64,000 nucleotides of DNA, taken from the NCBI GenBank assembly GCA_963751455.1, contig CAVVUN010000015.1, positions 480,001 to 544,000 of the forward strand, given 5' to 3'. The translations under genes were made by a program, and so were the position numbers. Positions 31,219-41,843 of this stretch are shown here, one piece after another. Under the pieces are notes generated by a model. The model was given only the letters and a program-made list of their open reading frames with translations, made no database searches and was not told the origin of the DNA. The stretch's first letter is position 1, and the number at the start of each line of letters is the position of its first letter. The DNA comes from Nitrospirota bacterium. GTDB lineage: Bacteria > Nitrospirota > UBA9217.

Positions 31219-31386
31219 GTAACTATTCAGCTTCTTTTCAGAACAGCATTAAGACAAATCAAGGAAAAAGCCCTTCTATCCGCAGATTTCGCAGATTGAC
31301 GCAGATTCTAAAACCAAAATTCTGGTTTTGTTTTTATCTGCGAAATCTGCGTAATCTGCGGATAAAAAAATGACCTGAGTAGTTAC
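31219..31386. mobile_element. IS66-like MITE (168 bp) with an 8-bp target site duplication
   Basis: TIRs GTAACTATTCAG / CTGAGTAGTTAC; direct repeats AAAATTTC at 31211-31218 and 31387-31394. Confidence 0.85.
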
Positions 31387-31429
31387 AAAATTTCAATCTG
31401 CATTCCGAAACCCGCAATCAGAAATTAAA

Positions 31430-32623
31430 TTACTTCCTGTCTCTCCATGAGGGTACCGGATAGACGTAATTTGCGCTGGCATGCTGTTTCGGCCAGATCG
31501 TCTCAAATTTGCCCTTGATCACCTGAATGGCCAGAGTGTCGACGAAGTTCTGGTTCTGATAATTTTCCTTATCCTCGAACTTGACAGGCCCGAAAGCCGT
31601 CTTCAAGTTCGTCGCCTTCAACGCGTCGCGAATCCCGTCCTGGTTCCAGGTCTTGGCTCTTTCGAGCGAGTCCTTCAGCGTAAACATGGCTGAATACGCA
31701 GATGCGCCGTGATAGGAAGGATAATCGCCGTGTTTTGATTTATATTTTTCCGCAAACTCCTTTGCCCCGGGATATTTGACCTGCGGCGTCCAGAGGGTCG
31801 CGCTGATCACATATTCTGCTGCATCCTTGGCGCCGTCGATGAATTCCGGTATGGCAAACCCGGCAGCGCCTCCGGCAAAGAGCTTCGCGTCAATGCGCAG
31901 TTCCTTGAGCTGCTTCATCAGGAGCTGCGCCTCATTCGCATAGGATACGGTGTAGACAACATCAGGCTGCGCTGACCTGACATTCCCGAGGATCGGTCTA
32001 AAATCAATGGCCCCGGTCTCGAATTTTTCCTTTAGAACAATCTTAATGCCCAGTTTCTGGGCATCTTTTTCCATGGCCTCAGCTCCGGAAGTGCCGAAGG
32101 CCGAACTCTCATACAGAAGCGCCATGGTCTTCGGCTTCACAACCTCTCCAAGGAAGGAAACCAGAGCATCTGCATAATGCGCATTGACCTGATTCTGCCG
32201 GAAGACGTATTTATAGTTTTGCCGGGTGATATCGTCGTCGGCACTTGCCACGACAAGGTATGGCGTTCTACGCTCCTCGGCAACGGCTGCCACTGCTTTT
32301 GCACAGGCCGAAGTATATTCGCCGACGATAATCGGCTGTTTTTTAACATCAATCAGTTTCTCGACGATTGACCGGGCCACTTCCGGCTTGCCGCTGGAGT
32401 CCTCAAATGAAAGGACAAGCTTTTTGCCTTTAATGCCGCCCTTGGCATTGATCTCCTCGGCTGCCATTTCATAAGACCGCTTCATGATTTCCCCGAACTT
32501 CGCCTGCTTGCCTGTCAGGGGAAGCGGAATTGTCAAATCAAAAGCGCTGTCCGCTGCATATACCGCTACGGCCAACAGACTGAAAACCAGTGAAAAAACA
32601 AATAGAACCGCCACACGTTTCAT
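31430..32623 (-). CDS. livK: Branched-chain amino acid ABC transporter substrate-binding protein
   Basis: Signal peptide, PLTG, EINAKGGIKG, ED, VGEYTS; AAGGAGG RBS. Confidence 0.9.
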   Translation of the reverse strand: MKRVAVLFVFSLVFSLLAVAVYAADSAFDLTIPLPLTGKQAKFGEIMKRSYEMAAEEINAKGGIKGKKLVLSFEDSSGKPEVARSIVEKLIDVKKQPIIVGEYTSACAKAVAAVAEERRTPYLVVASADDDITRQNYKYVFRQNQVNAHYADALVSFLGEVVKPKTMALLYESSAFGTSGAEAMEKDAQKLGIKIVLKEKFETGAIDFRPILGNVRSAQPDVVYTVSYANEAQLLMKQLKELRIDAKLFAGGAAGFAIPEFIDGAKDAAEYVISATLWTPQVKYPGAKEFAEKYKSKHGDYPSYHGASAYSAMFTLKDSLERAKTWNQDGIRDALKATNLKTAFGPVKFEDKENYQNQNFVDTLAIQVIKGKFETIWPKQHASANYVYPVPSWRDRK

Positions 32624-32860
32624 AATTTCCTCCTTGTACCGAGATTTAATGGACTGTCTGCCCGGCTCGGGAGCCGGACCTTTGAAAGCGGCACCATACA
32701 GCATGCAAAGTCAATAGTACCATATTTCGGAACAGTTTGTAGCACCTTCGAGCTTGTACTTAGAATTTTTAGAGTGCTTATATTAGTTGATAAACGTGAC
32801 ACTAGTCCAGTTTGGCTTTATATACTCCTTTCGCAATTGAGATTCTAAACAAAGAAACTC

Positions 32861-33622
32861 TTAAACGGAATTGCCGGTTTTCCATACTGTTCTCGCCTTC
32901 ATATATTCACGGTTCAGTTTCGCTATGAACTTGACGCTGATGCCCTTCGGACATACCGCCTCGCATTCATAGTGGTTGCTGCAGTTGCCGAATCCCTGCT
33001 GCAGCATCTCTTCCGTCATGACGCATACCCGCCGGCTGGCTTCGATGCGGCCCTGCGGCAGCATGGCGAGGTGCGATACTTTCGCAGCCGTGTAGAGCAT
33101 GGCCGAGCCGTTCGGGCAGGCCGCAACACAGGCGCCGCATGCGATGCATTCAGCGGCATCCATTGCTGTTTCTGCATCCTGCTTCGGAATCAGCACCGCA
33201 TTGCCGTCCGGCACTCCGCCGGCATGGACGGAGACGTATCCACCCGATTGAATGATGGTATCAAACGCGCTCCTGTCCACGATCAGGTCCTTTATTACCG
33301 GGAAGGCCTTTGCGCGGAATGGCTCGATATAGATCGTATCCCCGTCCTTGAAGTTGCGCATATGGAGCTGGCAAACCGTAGTTTTTTTGCGGGGCCCATG
33401 CGGCACTCCGTTTACAGCCTGGCCGCAGGTGCCGCAGATGCCTTCCCGGCAGTCGCTGTCGAACGAGATCGGATCCTCACCCTTCTTTACCAGGCCCTCG
33501 TTCACCGCGTCCAGCATTTCAAGGAAGGACATGTCCCGTGTAATATCGTTCGCTTCGTACCGGACGAGGCGGCCCTTGTCCTGTTGATTTTTTTGACGCC
33601 AAACGTATAACGTCAGATTCAT
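32861..33622 (-). CDS. sdhB: Succinate dehydrogenase/fumarate reductase iron-sulfur subunit
   Basis: [33 protein letters not shown]. Confidence 0.95.
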   Translation of the reverse strand: MNLTLYVWRQKNQQDKGRLVRYEANDITRDMSFLEMLDAVNEGLVKKGEDPISFDSDCREGICGTCGQAVNGVPHGPRKKTTVCQLHMRNFKDGDTIYIEPFRAKAFPVIKDLIVDRSAFDTIIQSGGYVSVHAGGVPDGNAVLIPKQDAETAMDAAECIACGACVAACPNGSAMLYTAAKVSHLAMLPQGRIEASRRVCVMTEEMLQQGFGNCSNHYECEAVCPKGISVKFIAKLNREYMKARTVWKTGNSV

Positions 33623-33643
33623 AAACAACCTCTTCAAATCTCC

Positions 33644-33715
33644 TGGACGCAGATTTTCGCAGATGCGCGCAGATTTTTATATTTAATCCGATTTTTCCGC
33701 GTTTATCCGCGTCCA
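33644..33715. repeat. Period-9 inverted tandem repeat (ACGCAGATT/ATCCGCGT type)
   Basis: tggacgcagattttcgcagatgcgcgcagatt ... ttccgcgtttatccgcgtcca. Confidence 0.7.
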
Positions 33716-33726
33716 AACAAATCTTT

Positions 33727-35640
33727 CTATTTATAGCTTCTGACCGCCGGATGCGCATGCTCGAACTTCAGCGGCTCCTTGTGCAGTTCCGGCTCCTTGC
33801 CGTCGCCCTTGTATTCCCAGGCCGATACATACATGAAATTCTCGTCGTCCCGAACTGCTTCGCCGTCCGGACTCTGATGTTCGACCCGGAAATGACCTCC
33901 GCAAGATTCGTCCCTCTGCAGGGCGTCTTTGGCGAGCAATTCTGAAAATTCGAGAAAATCCGCTACCCGGCCCGCCTTTTCCAGTTCCTGGTTCAGCTCA
34001 GAGCCGCTCCCGGAAACGATAACGTTTTCCCAGAATTCTGCCCGTAGTTCCGGGATCAGCTGCAAGGCCTTCCTCAGGCTTTCCGCGCTCCTGTCCATGC
34101 CGACGTTGTTCCACATTATTTTACCAAGCTCGCGGTGAAACTCGGCGGATGTTTTTCCTCCCTTTATTGAAAGGAGCTTCGCGGCGAAAGCCTTGACTCC
34201 CTCCTGGGACTTTTTGAATTCAGGATGATCGATGGTCACCCCGTTCGGGGCCACCCGGGCAAGGTAATCGGCAATCGTATACGGAATGATGAAGTACCCG
34301 TCGGCAAGTCCCTGCATAAGGGCGCTCGCCCCCAGCCGGTTGGCGCCGTGGTCCGAGAAATTAGCCTCTCCCAGCACAAAGAGCCCCGGAATAGTGCTCT
34401 GGAGATTATAGTCCACCCAGAGCCCTCCCATAGTGTAATGCGGCGCAGGGTAAATGCGCATTGGCTTGACATACGCATTCTCAGCAGTAATGCGTTCGTA
34501 CATTTCAAAAAGGTTTCCGTAGCGCTCGCGGATGGCCTGTTCGCCCGCGAGCGCTATCGCGTCCCGGAAATCAAGATATACTCCGCGGCCGCCGGGACCT
34601 ACCCCCCGCCCGTCATCACATACTTCCTTTGCGGCCCGCGAAGACACGTCGCGCGCTGCGAGGTTGCCGTAAGAGGGATATTTCCGCTCGAGAAAATAGT
34701 CGCGTTCGGCGTCCGGTATGCTGCTCGGTTCCCGCTTGTCGCCCTTGAGCGCGGGCACCCAGACACGGCCGTCATTCCTGAGAGATTCTGACATGAGCGT
34801 CAGTTTTGCCTGGTGTTCGCCGGTCATCGGTATGCAGGTAGGGTGGATTTGCGTAAAGCATGGGTTTGCGAAGGATGCGCCTTTTTTGTAAGCACGGTAT
34901 GTTGCTGTGACGCTTGATCCGATTGAGTTCGTGGTGAGAAAAAAGACGTTCGCGTATCCGCCCGAGCAGAGGCAAATGGCGTCCGCCGCATGGGACCGAA
35001 CAACCCCGGTCACGAGCTCGCGGACCGTGATGCCTTTGGCCTCGCCGTTCACGACCACCAGATCGAGCATTTCTGTCCTGGGGTAAAGCCGTACTCCGCC
35101 CAGTTTCACCTGGCGGAGGAGCGCGCCGTAGGCGCCGAGCAGGAGCTGCTGCCCTGTCTGGCCGCGGGCATAAAACGTGCGCGACACTTGCGCCCCGCCA
35201 AAGGATCGTGTGCCGAGATACCCTGCATAATCGCGCGCGAACGGAACACCCTGGGCCACACACTGGTCGATGATGTTGCTGCTCAGCTGCGCCAGCCGGT
35301 ACACGTTCGCCTCGCGGGAACGGAAGTCCCCGCCTTTTATGGTGTCATGAAAAAGCCGTTCGACGCTGTCGCCGTCGTTCGCGTAGTTCTTTGCTGCGTT
35401 GATCCCGCCTTGTGCCGCGATGCTGTGCGCCCGCCGCGGCGAGTCCTGAAAACAGAAGACGTCGACGTTGTAGCCAAGTTCGGCAAGCGACGCGGCAGCG
35501 GAAGAGCCGGCAAGGCCTGTTCCCACGACGATGATCCTGTACTTCCGTTTGTTCCCGGGAGCGACCAGCTTCATCTCCGCGCGCCGAAGGTCCCATTTCT
35601 CAGCGAGAGGACCTGTTGGTATTTTACCGTCGAGGATCAT
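33727..35640 (-). CDS. sdhA: Succinate dehydrogenase/fumarate reductase flavoprotein subunit
   Basis: [42 protein letters not shown]. Confidence 0.96.
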   Translation of the reverse strand: MILDGKIPTGPLAEKWDLRRAEMKLVAPGNKRKYRIIVVGTGLAGSSAAASLAELGYNVDVFCFQDSPRRAHSIAAQGGINAAKNYANDGDSVERLFHDTIKGGDFRSREANVYRLAQLSSNIIDQCVAQGVPFARDYAGYLGTRSFGGAQVSRTFYARGQTGQQLLLGAYGALLRQVKLGGVRLYPRTEMLDLVVVNGEAKGITVRELVTGVVRSHAADAICLCSGGYANVFFLTTNSIGSSVTATYRAYKKGASFANPCFTQIHPTCIPMTGEHQAKLTLMSESLRNDGRVWVPALKGDKREPSSIPDAERDYFLERKYPSYGNLAARDVSSRAAKEVCDDGRGVGPGGRGVYLDFRDAIALAGEQAIRERYGNLFEMYERITAENAYVKPMRIYPAPHYTMGGLWVDYNLQSTIPGLFVLGEANFSDHGANRLGASALMQGLADGYFIIPYTIADYLARVAPNGVTIDHPEFKKSQEGVKAFAAKLLSIKGGKTSAEFHRELGKIMWNNVGMDRSAESLRKALQLIPELRAEFWENVIVSGSGSELNQELEKAGRVADFLEFSELLAKDALQRDESCGGHFRVEHQSPDGEAVRDDENFMYVSAWEYKGDGKEPELHKEPLKFEHAHPAVRSYK

Positions 35641-35660
35641 AATTAAAACCTCAAATCGTC

Positions 35661-35750
35661 TCGCACAAAGCCGCAAAGTCGCCATGGGAAGGCTGCAGGT
35701 TCAAAGTCTTTTAAAGAAATTTCCCGGCTTTTCTTTGCGTCTTTGCGCGA
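35661..35750. repeat. Period-8 inverted tandem repeat (CGCAAAG/CTTTGCG type)
   Basis: tcgcacaaagccgcaaagtcgc ... ctttgcgtctttgcgcga. Confidence 0.75.
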
Positions 35751-35764
35751 AAATAAGATCTTCA

Positions 35765-36436
35765 TTATTTAAATATTCCAGCGAATATCGTCACCGGTAT
35801 CGCCGCGTACCCGAGAAACAGGATGACCGATGCAGCCATCCCAATCTTGACCACAACCGGGAGCGTTCGGTCGTTGTTCAATCCCAGTGTCTGCACCGAA
35901 CTCTCTATTCCGTGGAACAAATGCATTCCAAGAGAAAGAACTCCAATCACGTACAGTGCTGCGGTTCCGGCATGCTCGAAACTTTCCACAACCATCGTGA
36001 AAACATCCGGGCGGCCGAGCAGGTCAGGATGCCGGATGGCCGAAAGATCAGGATTAATGACCTGGAACGTGAAGTGCAGGAGATGATAAATGATGAAAGC
36101 CTCGATTATAAATCCGGTCCAGATCATGGTCCGGCCCGCAAACGATGCGGTCCGGTAACGGGTCATTGCATAGTCGTCCGGCTTCGCTTTTCGGTTTTCG
36201 AGTTTGAGGAGGATACCGTACCAGGTATGCAGGATCACGGAAAGAAACAGGATAGTCCGCGATGACCAGAGCACGACGGTGTACGGCCAGTGCCGGAGCC
36301 CTTCAGCATAGGCATTGATTGCGCCGGCAAAAATGGTATAGTTGCCGATAACATGAGCGATAACGTAAACGATCATGAACAGGCCGGTTACGGCCATCAC
36401 GATTTTTCGTCCGACTGTGGAAGTGGGGAAAAGCAT
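35765..36436 (-). CDS. sdhC: Succinate dehydrogenase cytochrome b558 subunit
   Basis: GRKIVMAVTG, H..GN, HLLHF, HLFHG..S..QTLG. Confidence 0.93.
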   Translation of the reverse strand: MLFPTSTVGRKIVMAVTGLFMIVYVIAHVIGNYTIFAGAINAYAEGLRHWPYTVVLWSSRTILFLSVILHTWYGILLKLENRKAKPDDYAMTRYRTASFAGRTMIWTGFIIEAFIIYHLLHFTFQVINPDLSAIRHPDLLGRPDVFTMVVESFEHAGTAALYVIGVLSLGMHLFHGIESSVQTLGLNNDRTLPVVVKIGMAASVILFLGYAAIPVTIFAGIFK

Positions 36437-36454
36437 ATTGTGTTTCCTTAATTC

Positions 36455-36530
36455 GGCATAGCGCATAGAGCATGGCGCATGGTAAAAGAAGCTCTTAGCT
36501 TTCTGCCCTTTGCGCTCTGCCCTATGCGCC
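36455..36530. repeat. Period-7 inverted tandem repeat (GCATAGC/CTATGCG type)
   Basis: gcatagc-gcataga-gcatggc-gcatggt ... tctgccc-tttgcgc-tctgccc-tatgcgc. Confidence 0.8.
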
Positions 36531-36531
36531 T

Positions 36532-37914
36532 TTATTCTCCCCGCGTCAGCTTCGCCGGGTCGAGCAGCCTGTCCAGTTCCGCCTTTGACAGGTCCGTCAT
36601 CTCCGCAGCTACATCTTTCAGAGACCTGCCCTCTGCATAAGCTTTTTTTGCAACCGCTGCCGCCTTATCATAGCCGATGACCGGATTCAACGCAGTGACG
36701 AGTATGGGGTTTTTATTAAGAAGTTCTCCGATCCGTTCCTGGTTCACGGTAAAACCGGCGATCGCTTTATCAGCGAGCAAGCGGGATGCATTTGAGAGAA
36801 TCGAAACGGATTGAAGCAGGTTATGGGCGATGACGGGCAGCATCACGTTCAGCTGGAAATTTCCCTGCTGGTTCCCGATCGTGATCGCAGCGTCGTTGCC
36901 CGTTACCTGGGCGCAGACCATCATCATGACCTCGCACATTACCGGGTTTACCTTGCCGGGCATGATGCTGGAGCCCGGTTGGAGCGTGGGCAGGGATATC
37001 TCGCCGAGGCCGGCAATGGGTCCGCTGTTCATCCACCTGAGGTCGTTCGCGATCTTCATAAACGTCGATGCCGCTGTTTTCAGCTGGCCGGAGAGCTCGA
37101 CTGCCGTGTCCATGCAGGCCTGTGCCGCGAAATGATTGTCTGTTTCGCTGAAAGGGAGACTTGTGCGGCCCGCGAGTCTCATCGCCACGAGCTTGCCGAA
37201 ATCCCGCGGGGCGTTGACGCCGGTGCCGACGGCTGTGCCGCCGATTGCCAGTTTTGCGAGACGGGGCAACGTTGATTCAATACGCTCGATGCTCTGCGCA
37301 ACATGGAATGCCCACGCGCCTATCTCCTGCCCGAGAGTGACCGGCATGGCGTCCATGAGATGCGTCCTTCCGGTCTTGACGATATCACGGCAATCCGTTT
37401 CGCGCCTCTTCAGGGTGTCATGAAGGCGCTTGAAGGCGGGAAGAAGAGTTAGATGTACCTCGCTATATGCGCTCACGTGGATGGCAGCCGGGATCACGTC
37501 ATTCGAAGACTGGCCCATGTTTACGTGATCATTGGGGTGGACCGGATTGTTCGGATTATCGAGGATTTGCACGGCCCGGTGCGCTATCACTTCATTCGCA
37601 TTCATGTTAGTTGAAGTTCCGGATCCGGTCTGGAAGATATCGAGAGAAAACTCCGCATCCCATTTGCCATCCGCGACTTCGAGCGCGGCCTGGTGCACCG
37701 CGTTCGCAATGACGGCATCAAGCAGCCCGAGCCCCGCGTTTACTTCGGCGGCAACGGCCTTGATAAGCCCGAGCGAGCGGATAAAGGGACGCGGAAAACG
37801 AAGGCCGCTGACCGGAAAGTTATCAATTGCCCGCTGGGTCTGCGCGCCGTACAGCGCTCCTGCGGGGACCTTGATTTCACCGAGCGAGTCTTTTTCAATG
37901 CGATAATCAGACAT
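36532..37914 (-). CDS. fumC: Class II fumarate hydratase
   Basis: YGAQTQR, QTGSGTSTNMNANEV, HPNDHVN, GRTHLMDA, GSSIMPGKVNP. Confidence 0.96.
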   Translation of the reverse strand: MSDYRIEKDSLGEIKVPAGALYGAQTQRAIDNFPVSGLRFPRPFIRSLGLIKAVAAEVNAGLGLLDAVIANAVHQAALEVADGKWDAEFSLDIFQTGSGTSTNMNANEVIAHRAVQILDNPNNPVHPNDHVNMGQSSNDVIPAAIHVSAYSEVHLTLLPAFKRLHDTLKRRETDCRDIVKTGRTHLMDAMPVTLGQEIGAWAFHVAQSIERIESTLPRLAKLAIGGTAVGTGVNAPRDFGKLVAMRLAGRTSLPFSETDNHFAAQACMDTAVELSGQLKTAASTFMKIANDLRWMNSGPIAGLGEISLPTLQPGSSIMPGKVNPVMCEVMMMVCAQVTGNDAAITIGNQQGNFQLNVMLPVIAHNLLQSVSILSNASRLLADKAIAGFTVNQERIGELLNKNPILVTALNPVIGYDKAAAVAKKAYAEGRSLKDVAAEMTDLSKAELDRLLDPAKLTRGE

Positions 37915-38108
37915 ATTGTGCGAATAGAAACGGAAGAGCGGAGCCGGCCGAAAAGTTTGAGTTCATTGCCTGGCGGGATCGAAGAATTCCCCGCTTGCTG
38001 CAGTGAATCTTCAGTATGGCTAAATTATACCCGCTCTTTTTGTATTTTGCATTCTTTTTTTTCAGGCGGATGGGGCCCTTATCGGGACCTTTTTTCAGTC
38101 AACTTCCA

Positions 38109-38137
38109 TTGACCGTAGCCGGAATTGACTCTATAAT
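38109..38137 (+). promoter_or_regulatory. Sigma70-like promoter for the malic enzyme gene
   Basis: TTGACC-N17-TATAAT. Confidence 0.6.
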
Positions 38138-38230
38138 AAAGTAGGATATTCTGGAAGTGTCAGCTGCGACCGCGTCACTTCGGCCGCAAACGGCATCGGC
38201 GGCAAACCTGCAAACCGTTACGGAGATTTT

Positions 38231-39652
38231 ATGGAAACGAGCCCAAGAAAAAACGTGTGTAATCCCAGCCCGAGCTACAGCATTACGATCCGGATCCAAA
38301 TCGAGAACAGGATAGGCATGTTCGCAAAGATCGCGACGGCCATAGGCAGCGCCGGGGGGGATATGGGCGCAGTTGACATTGTTCGCGTGGAGAAGGGCAA
38401 GATCGTCAGGGACATTACGGCAAATGCCCGCGACGAAGAGCATGAGAAGCATATTGTGCGGGCAATCAAAACGATAGCAGGCATCAAAGTGCTTCGCGTC
38501 GCCGACCGCACCTTTACCGCACACGAGGGCGGAAAAATAGAGATGAGGAGCAAACTTCCGGTGAAGGACAGCACAGACCTCTCGAAGGTATATACGCCGG
38601 GCGTCGCACGGGTCTGCATGGACATTCACGAAAACAAGCAGCATGCTTACCGTTATACGATAAAGGGAAATACGATCGCGGTTGTGTCCGACGGCACCGC
38701 CGTTCTCGGCTTGGGCGACATCGGCCCCGAGGCCGCGCTTCCCGTTATGGAGGGCAAGGCGATGATCTTCAAGGAGTTTGCCGGGATCGACGCCTTTCCT
38801 CTTGTTCTTTCAACGAAGGACCCGGAAGAAATCGTCGCCGCGGTCAAGGCGATAGCGACGGGATTCGGCGGGATCAATCTTGAAGACATCTCTGCGCCGC
38901 GCTGCTTTGAAGTGGAGAAGCGCCTCAGGAAAATCCTCGATATACCCGTGTTCCATGACGATCAGCACGGGACGGCGGTCGTGGTCCTCGCCGCGCTCAC
39001 GAATGTCTCACGGCTCCTTAAACGCGATCTAAAAAAGTTCAAGGTCGCGGTTATCGGGGCGGGCGCGGCCGGCTCCGCAATATCCCGGATCCTGCTGTCA
39101 GCAGGAGTACGAGACCTTATTGTGTGCGATCGATCCGGCACTCTCTGCGCCGGGACAAGGCAGAAAGACCCGTACAAGCGTGAACTCGCGAAGCTGACCA
39201 ATCCGCGCAAAGTGCGGGGAACGATCGCGGACGCGATGAAGGGGGCTGATGTTGTCATCGGGGTATCGGGGCCCAATGTCATCACCGGTGATGACATCCG
39301 GAGGATGGCCAAGGACCCAGTAGTCTTCGCCCTCGCCAATCCAAATGCCGAAATCGCTCCCGAGGAAGCTCTCCCGCTGGTCCGCATCATGGCAACGGGC
39401 AGATCGGATTATCCGAACCAGATCAATAATATGCTCTGTTTTCCCGGCCTGTTCCGGGGCCTCCTCGATGTGAGGGCCAGGGGAGTGAATGAAGCGGTGA
39501 AATTGGCGGCTGCCTACGCGATTGCGTACGGCGTTGAAGACGATGAACTCCACGAAGACTATATTATACCGAGCATCTTTGACCGGAACGTGGTTGCATC
39601 CGTCTCGGCTGCGGTTTCGGAAGCCGCAAGAAAGACCGGACTGGCGAGATGA
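38231..39652 (+). CDS. NAD(P)-dependent malic enzyme with N-terminal ACT domain
   Basis: YTPGVA, DGTAVLGLG, MEGK, NLEDI, HDDQHGT, GAGAAG, ANP, GRSD.PNQINN. Confidence 0.94.
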   Translation: METSPRKNVCNPSPSYSITIRIQIENRIGMFAKIATAIGSAGGDMGAVDIVRVEKGKIVRDITANARDEEHEKHIVRAIKTIAGIKVLRVADRTFTAHEGGKIEMRSKLPVKDSTDLSKVYTPGVARVCMDIHENKQHAYRYTIKGNTIAVVSDGTAVLGLGDIGPEAALPVMEGKAMIFKEFAGIDAFPLVLSTKDPEEIVAAVKAIATGFGGINLEDISAPRCFEVEKRLRKILDIPVFHDDQHGTAVVVLAALTNVSRLLKRDLKKFKVAVIGAGAAGSAISRILLSAGVRDLIVCDRSGTLCAGTRQKDPYKRELAKLTNPRKVRGTIADAMKGADVVIGVSGPNVITGDDIRRMAKDPVVFALANPNAEIAPEEALPLVRIMATGRSDYPNQINNMLCFPGLFRGLLDVRARGVNEAVKLAAAYAIAYGVEDDELHEDYIIPSIFDRNVVASVSAAVSEAARKTGLAR

Positions 39653-39666
39653 AAAAACAATGCCCC

Positions 39667-39822
39667 AGTGACACAGGGTCAAAGTGCCGAAGGGGCAAAG
39701 ATCAGTTTCAGAGGGTCACAGGAAATAGCTGCTATGCTATGAATAGAGCCCTTACTCTGACACTATGACACTTTGATACTTATTCGTCTCTACTCTGCAA
39801 CTCTGATATTTATATTCTGACT
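39667..39822. repeat. Period-8 inverted tandem repeat
   Basis: gtgacaca-gggtcaaa-gtgccgaa-ggggcaaa ... ctctgaca-ctatgaca-ctttgata. Confidence 0.65.
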
Positions 39823-39837
39823 CCCCATGAGGTTCCC

Positions 39838-41106
39838 ATGACCCGCATCCACGAGCGGCTCCACAGGGATGAAAAAGACCTTCGCGGCATAGCGATGAGC
39901 GAGCTGCAGGTGGTCTATGCGGACCTCGGACTATCCAAAGAAGAGCTGGAAATCCTCTCCGTTCCCCGCAGGTCCTTTACTGTCAGCTTCCCTGTCAAGA
40001 TGAGGGACAAAACACGGATGTTCACGGGCTACCGCGTTCAGTACAATGATGCGAGGGGCCCGGCCAAGGGCGGAATCCGGTTCCATCCGGAAATCGACGA
40101 GGAACATGCCGGCCAACTGGCCCTGCTCATGGCGCTCAAATGCGCGGTCGCAAACATACCATTCGGCGGCGCTAAAGGGGGGGTTGCCGTTGACCCGGCG
40201 ACGCTCAGCCGCGAGGAACTCGAGCTTGTAACCCGGGGTTATATCCGCGCTATAGCCGACTTCATCGGGCCGTTCAAAGACATCCCGGCCCCGGACGTGT
40301 ATACCGACGAGCAGATCATGGCGTGGATACTTGATGAATATGAACGCATAAAGCGGGAGCATGTGCCAGCAATCGTAACGGGCAAGCCGCCGGAGCTCGG
40401 CGGTATTGCGGCGCGACGATATTCGACCGCGCTTGGCGGAGCGCATGTTCTTGAACAAGCCATGAAAGAACACGGAATGGCCGCGGAAGGAGTGCGCATT
40501 GCCGTGCAGGGCTTCGGCAACGTCGGGGAGAACGTGGCCAGGATTCTCCATGATCTCGGCTACCGGATTGTGGCAGTAAGCGATGTGAACGCCGGTCTTT
40601 ATAATCCAAAAGGCATCGACATCCCTGCTCTCCGGCGGCACAGGCAAGAAGCAGGCAGGCTTGACGGTTTCCCGGGTGCAGACCGGATCTCGAACCAGGA
40701 ACTTTTGACCTGCGATTGTGACATCCTTGTCCCTGCCGCCCTGTCGAACCAGGTGAACGAACGCAACGCGGCCGATGTAAAAGCGAAAATAATCCTCGAA
40801 CTTGCCAATGCACCGACCGCTCCCGCTGCCGATGAAATTTTGTTCGACAGGAACGTAATGGTCGTGCCTGATATTCTTGCTAATGCAGGCGGTGTCGTAG
40901 TGAGCTATTTCGAATGGAGTCAGAATCTCAGCAACGACTACTGGCCGGAAGTGAAGGTGCTCGACAAGTTGAGAGAAACGATGATAACCGCCTTCAACGA
41001 TGTCCATGCGTACTGCAAAGAGACCAAATGTCGTCTGAGAAAGGCTTCCTACCAGCTCGCGATAAAAAGAATATTACATGCCGAACGTCTCCGTGGAAAT
41101 CTCTGA
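39838..41106 (+). CDS. gdhA: Glutamate dehydrogenase (Glu/Leu/Phe/Val family)
   Basis: GPAKGGIRFHP, FGGAKGG, DIPAPD, TGKP, QGFGNVG, ANAGGVVVSYFEW. Confidence 0.92.
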   Translation: MTRIHERLHRDEKDLRGIAMSELQVVYADLGLSKEELEILSVPRRSFTVSFPVKMRDKTRMFTGYRVQYNDARGPAKGGIRFHPEIDEEHAGQLALLMALKCAVANIPFGGAKGGVAVDPATLSREELELVTRGYIRAIADFIGPFKDIPAPDVYTDEQIMAWILDEYERIKREHVPAIVTGKPPELGGIAARRYSTALGGAHVLEQAMKEHGMAAEGVRIAVQGFGNVGENVARILHDLGYRIVAVSDVNAGLYNPKGIDIPALRRHRQEAGRLDGFPGADRISNQELLTCDCDILVPAALSNQVNERNAADVKAKIILELANAPTAPAADEILFDRNVMVVPDILANAGGVVVSYFEWSQNLSNDYWPEVKVLDKLRETMITAFNDVHAYCKETKCRLRKASYQLAIKRILHAERLRGNL

Positions 41107-41459
41107 CGGGTCTTTCGTCTGAAAAACAGCCTTCCTGAAAACATCCTAACCCCTCGTACTTGAGTACTCCGGTTGCTTGCCCGAACCTCGTCGCCGGTCA
41201 CAGCAAAGTGCTTTCGCGTGAGTCCACGTTGTCCGATCACTTTTATCGTATTACTAATTCCGCTGCAGAAATATGGATGCCCAAGTCTGCCGAGCTTCTT
41301 TTGAAGATGTATGAACGCCAAAGTCTCAAAATTTGTGCGTTTCCGCCTCATTACGGGACAGATGCTATAATTTATAATAAAATAAAAAAATTAATTGAAG
41401 AGCCTCTCAGCTATCCAAATCAGGCCGCCAACGCCGAGGGCGTCCGGGCAGGAGGTGCC

Positions 41460-41807
41460 ATGGAAGATCATCTGAACAGCAAAGGTATCTGCAGCGTCTG
41501 CAAAGAGGGATTGACGACGATCCATGCGGAAGTGGCGCCGGGCAGTTTTGTCTTTGTATGCGAGAAGTGTCTTGAGACGGCCAAGCAGAACTTCATATGG
41601 ATCTGCATTCACTGCGGGAAAGTATACATCAGGCCTAAAGCGACGGTGCTTAGGAGGCTGAACGACCCCGGCTTAAAAAAGGCTTACTATCTGTGTGAAG
41701 ACCTGCAGATCATTCAGGGAATCGATTACTGCGTGGAATGTGCACCCGAAGAAATCATGGCTATCATGGCAACTGCAAAGAGTCAAAAGAATGGGGGTCA
41801 TTGCTGA
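41460..41807 (+). CDS. Cys-rich hypothetical protein (four CxxC pairs)
   Basis: AGGAGG RBS; CSVC, CEKC, CIHC, CVEC. Confidence 0.75.
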   Translation: MEDHLNSKGICSVCKEGLTTIHAEVAPGSFVFVCEKCLETAKQNFIWICIHCGKVYIRPKATVLRRLNDPGLKKAYYLCEDLQIIQGIDYCVECAPEEIMAIMATAKSQKNGGHC

Positions 41808-41843
41808 TGTTTCGGGCGTCATCTCAACAAGAAAGCGCAGGTA

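Noticed and set aside
39931-41007. Long antisense or alternative-frame ORFs over gdhA (also over glyA, priA, pckG, emrB)
   Set aside because: Shadow ORFs of well-supported genes, with no independent domain signal
41160-41459. N-terminal extensions in the ORF track (also pckG, livK, sdhA, the TolC gene, the MltD-like gene, acuB)
   Set aside because: Downstream ATGs have clear RBSs and match family N-termini; the extensions cross promoters or repeats
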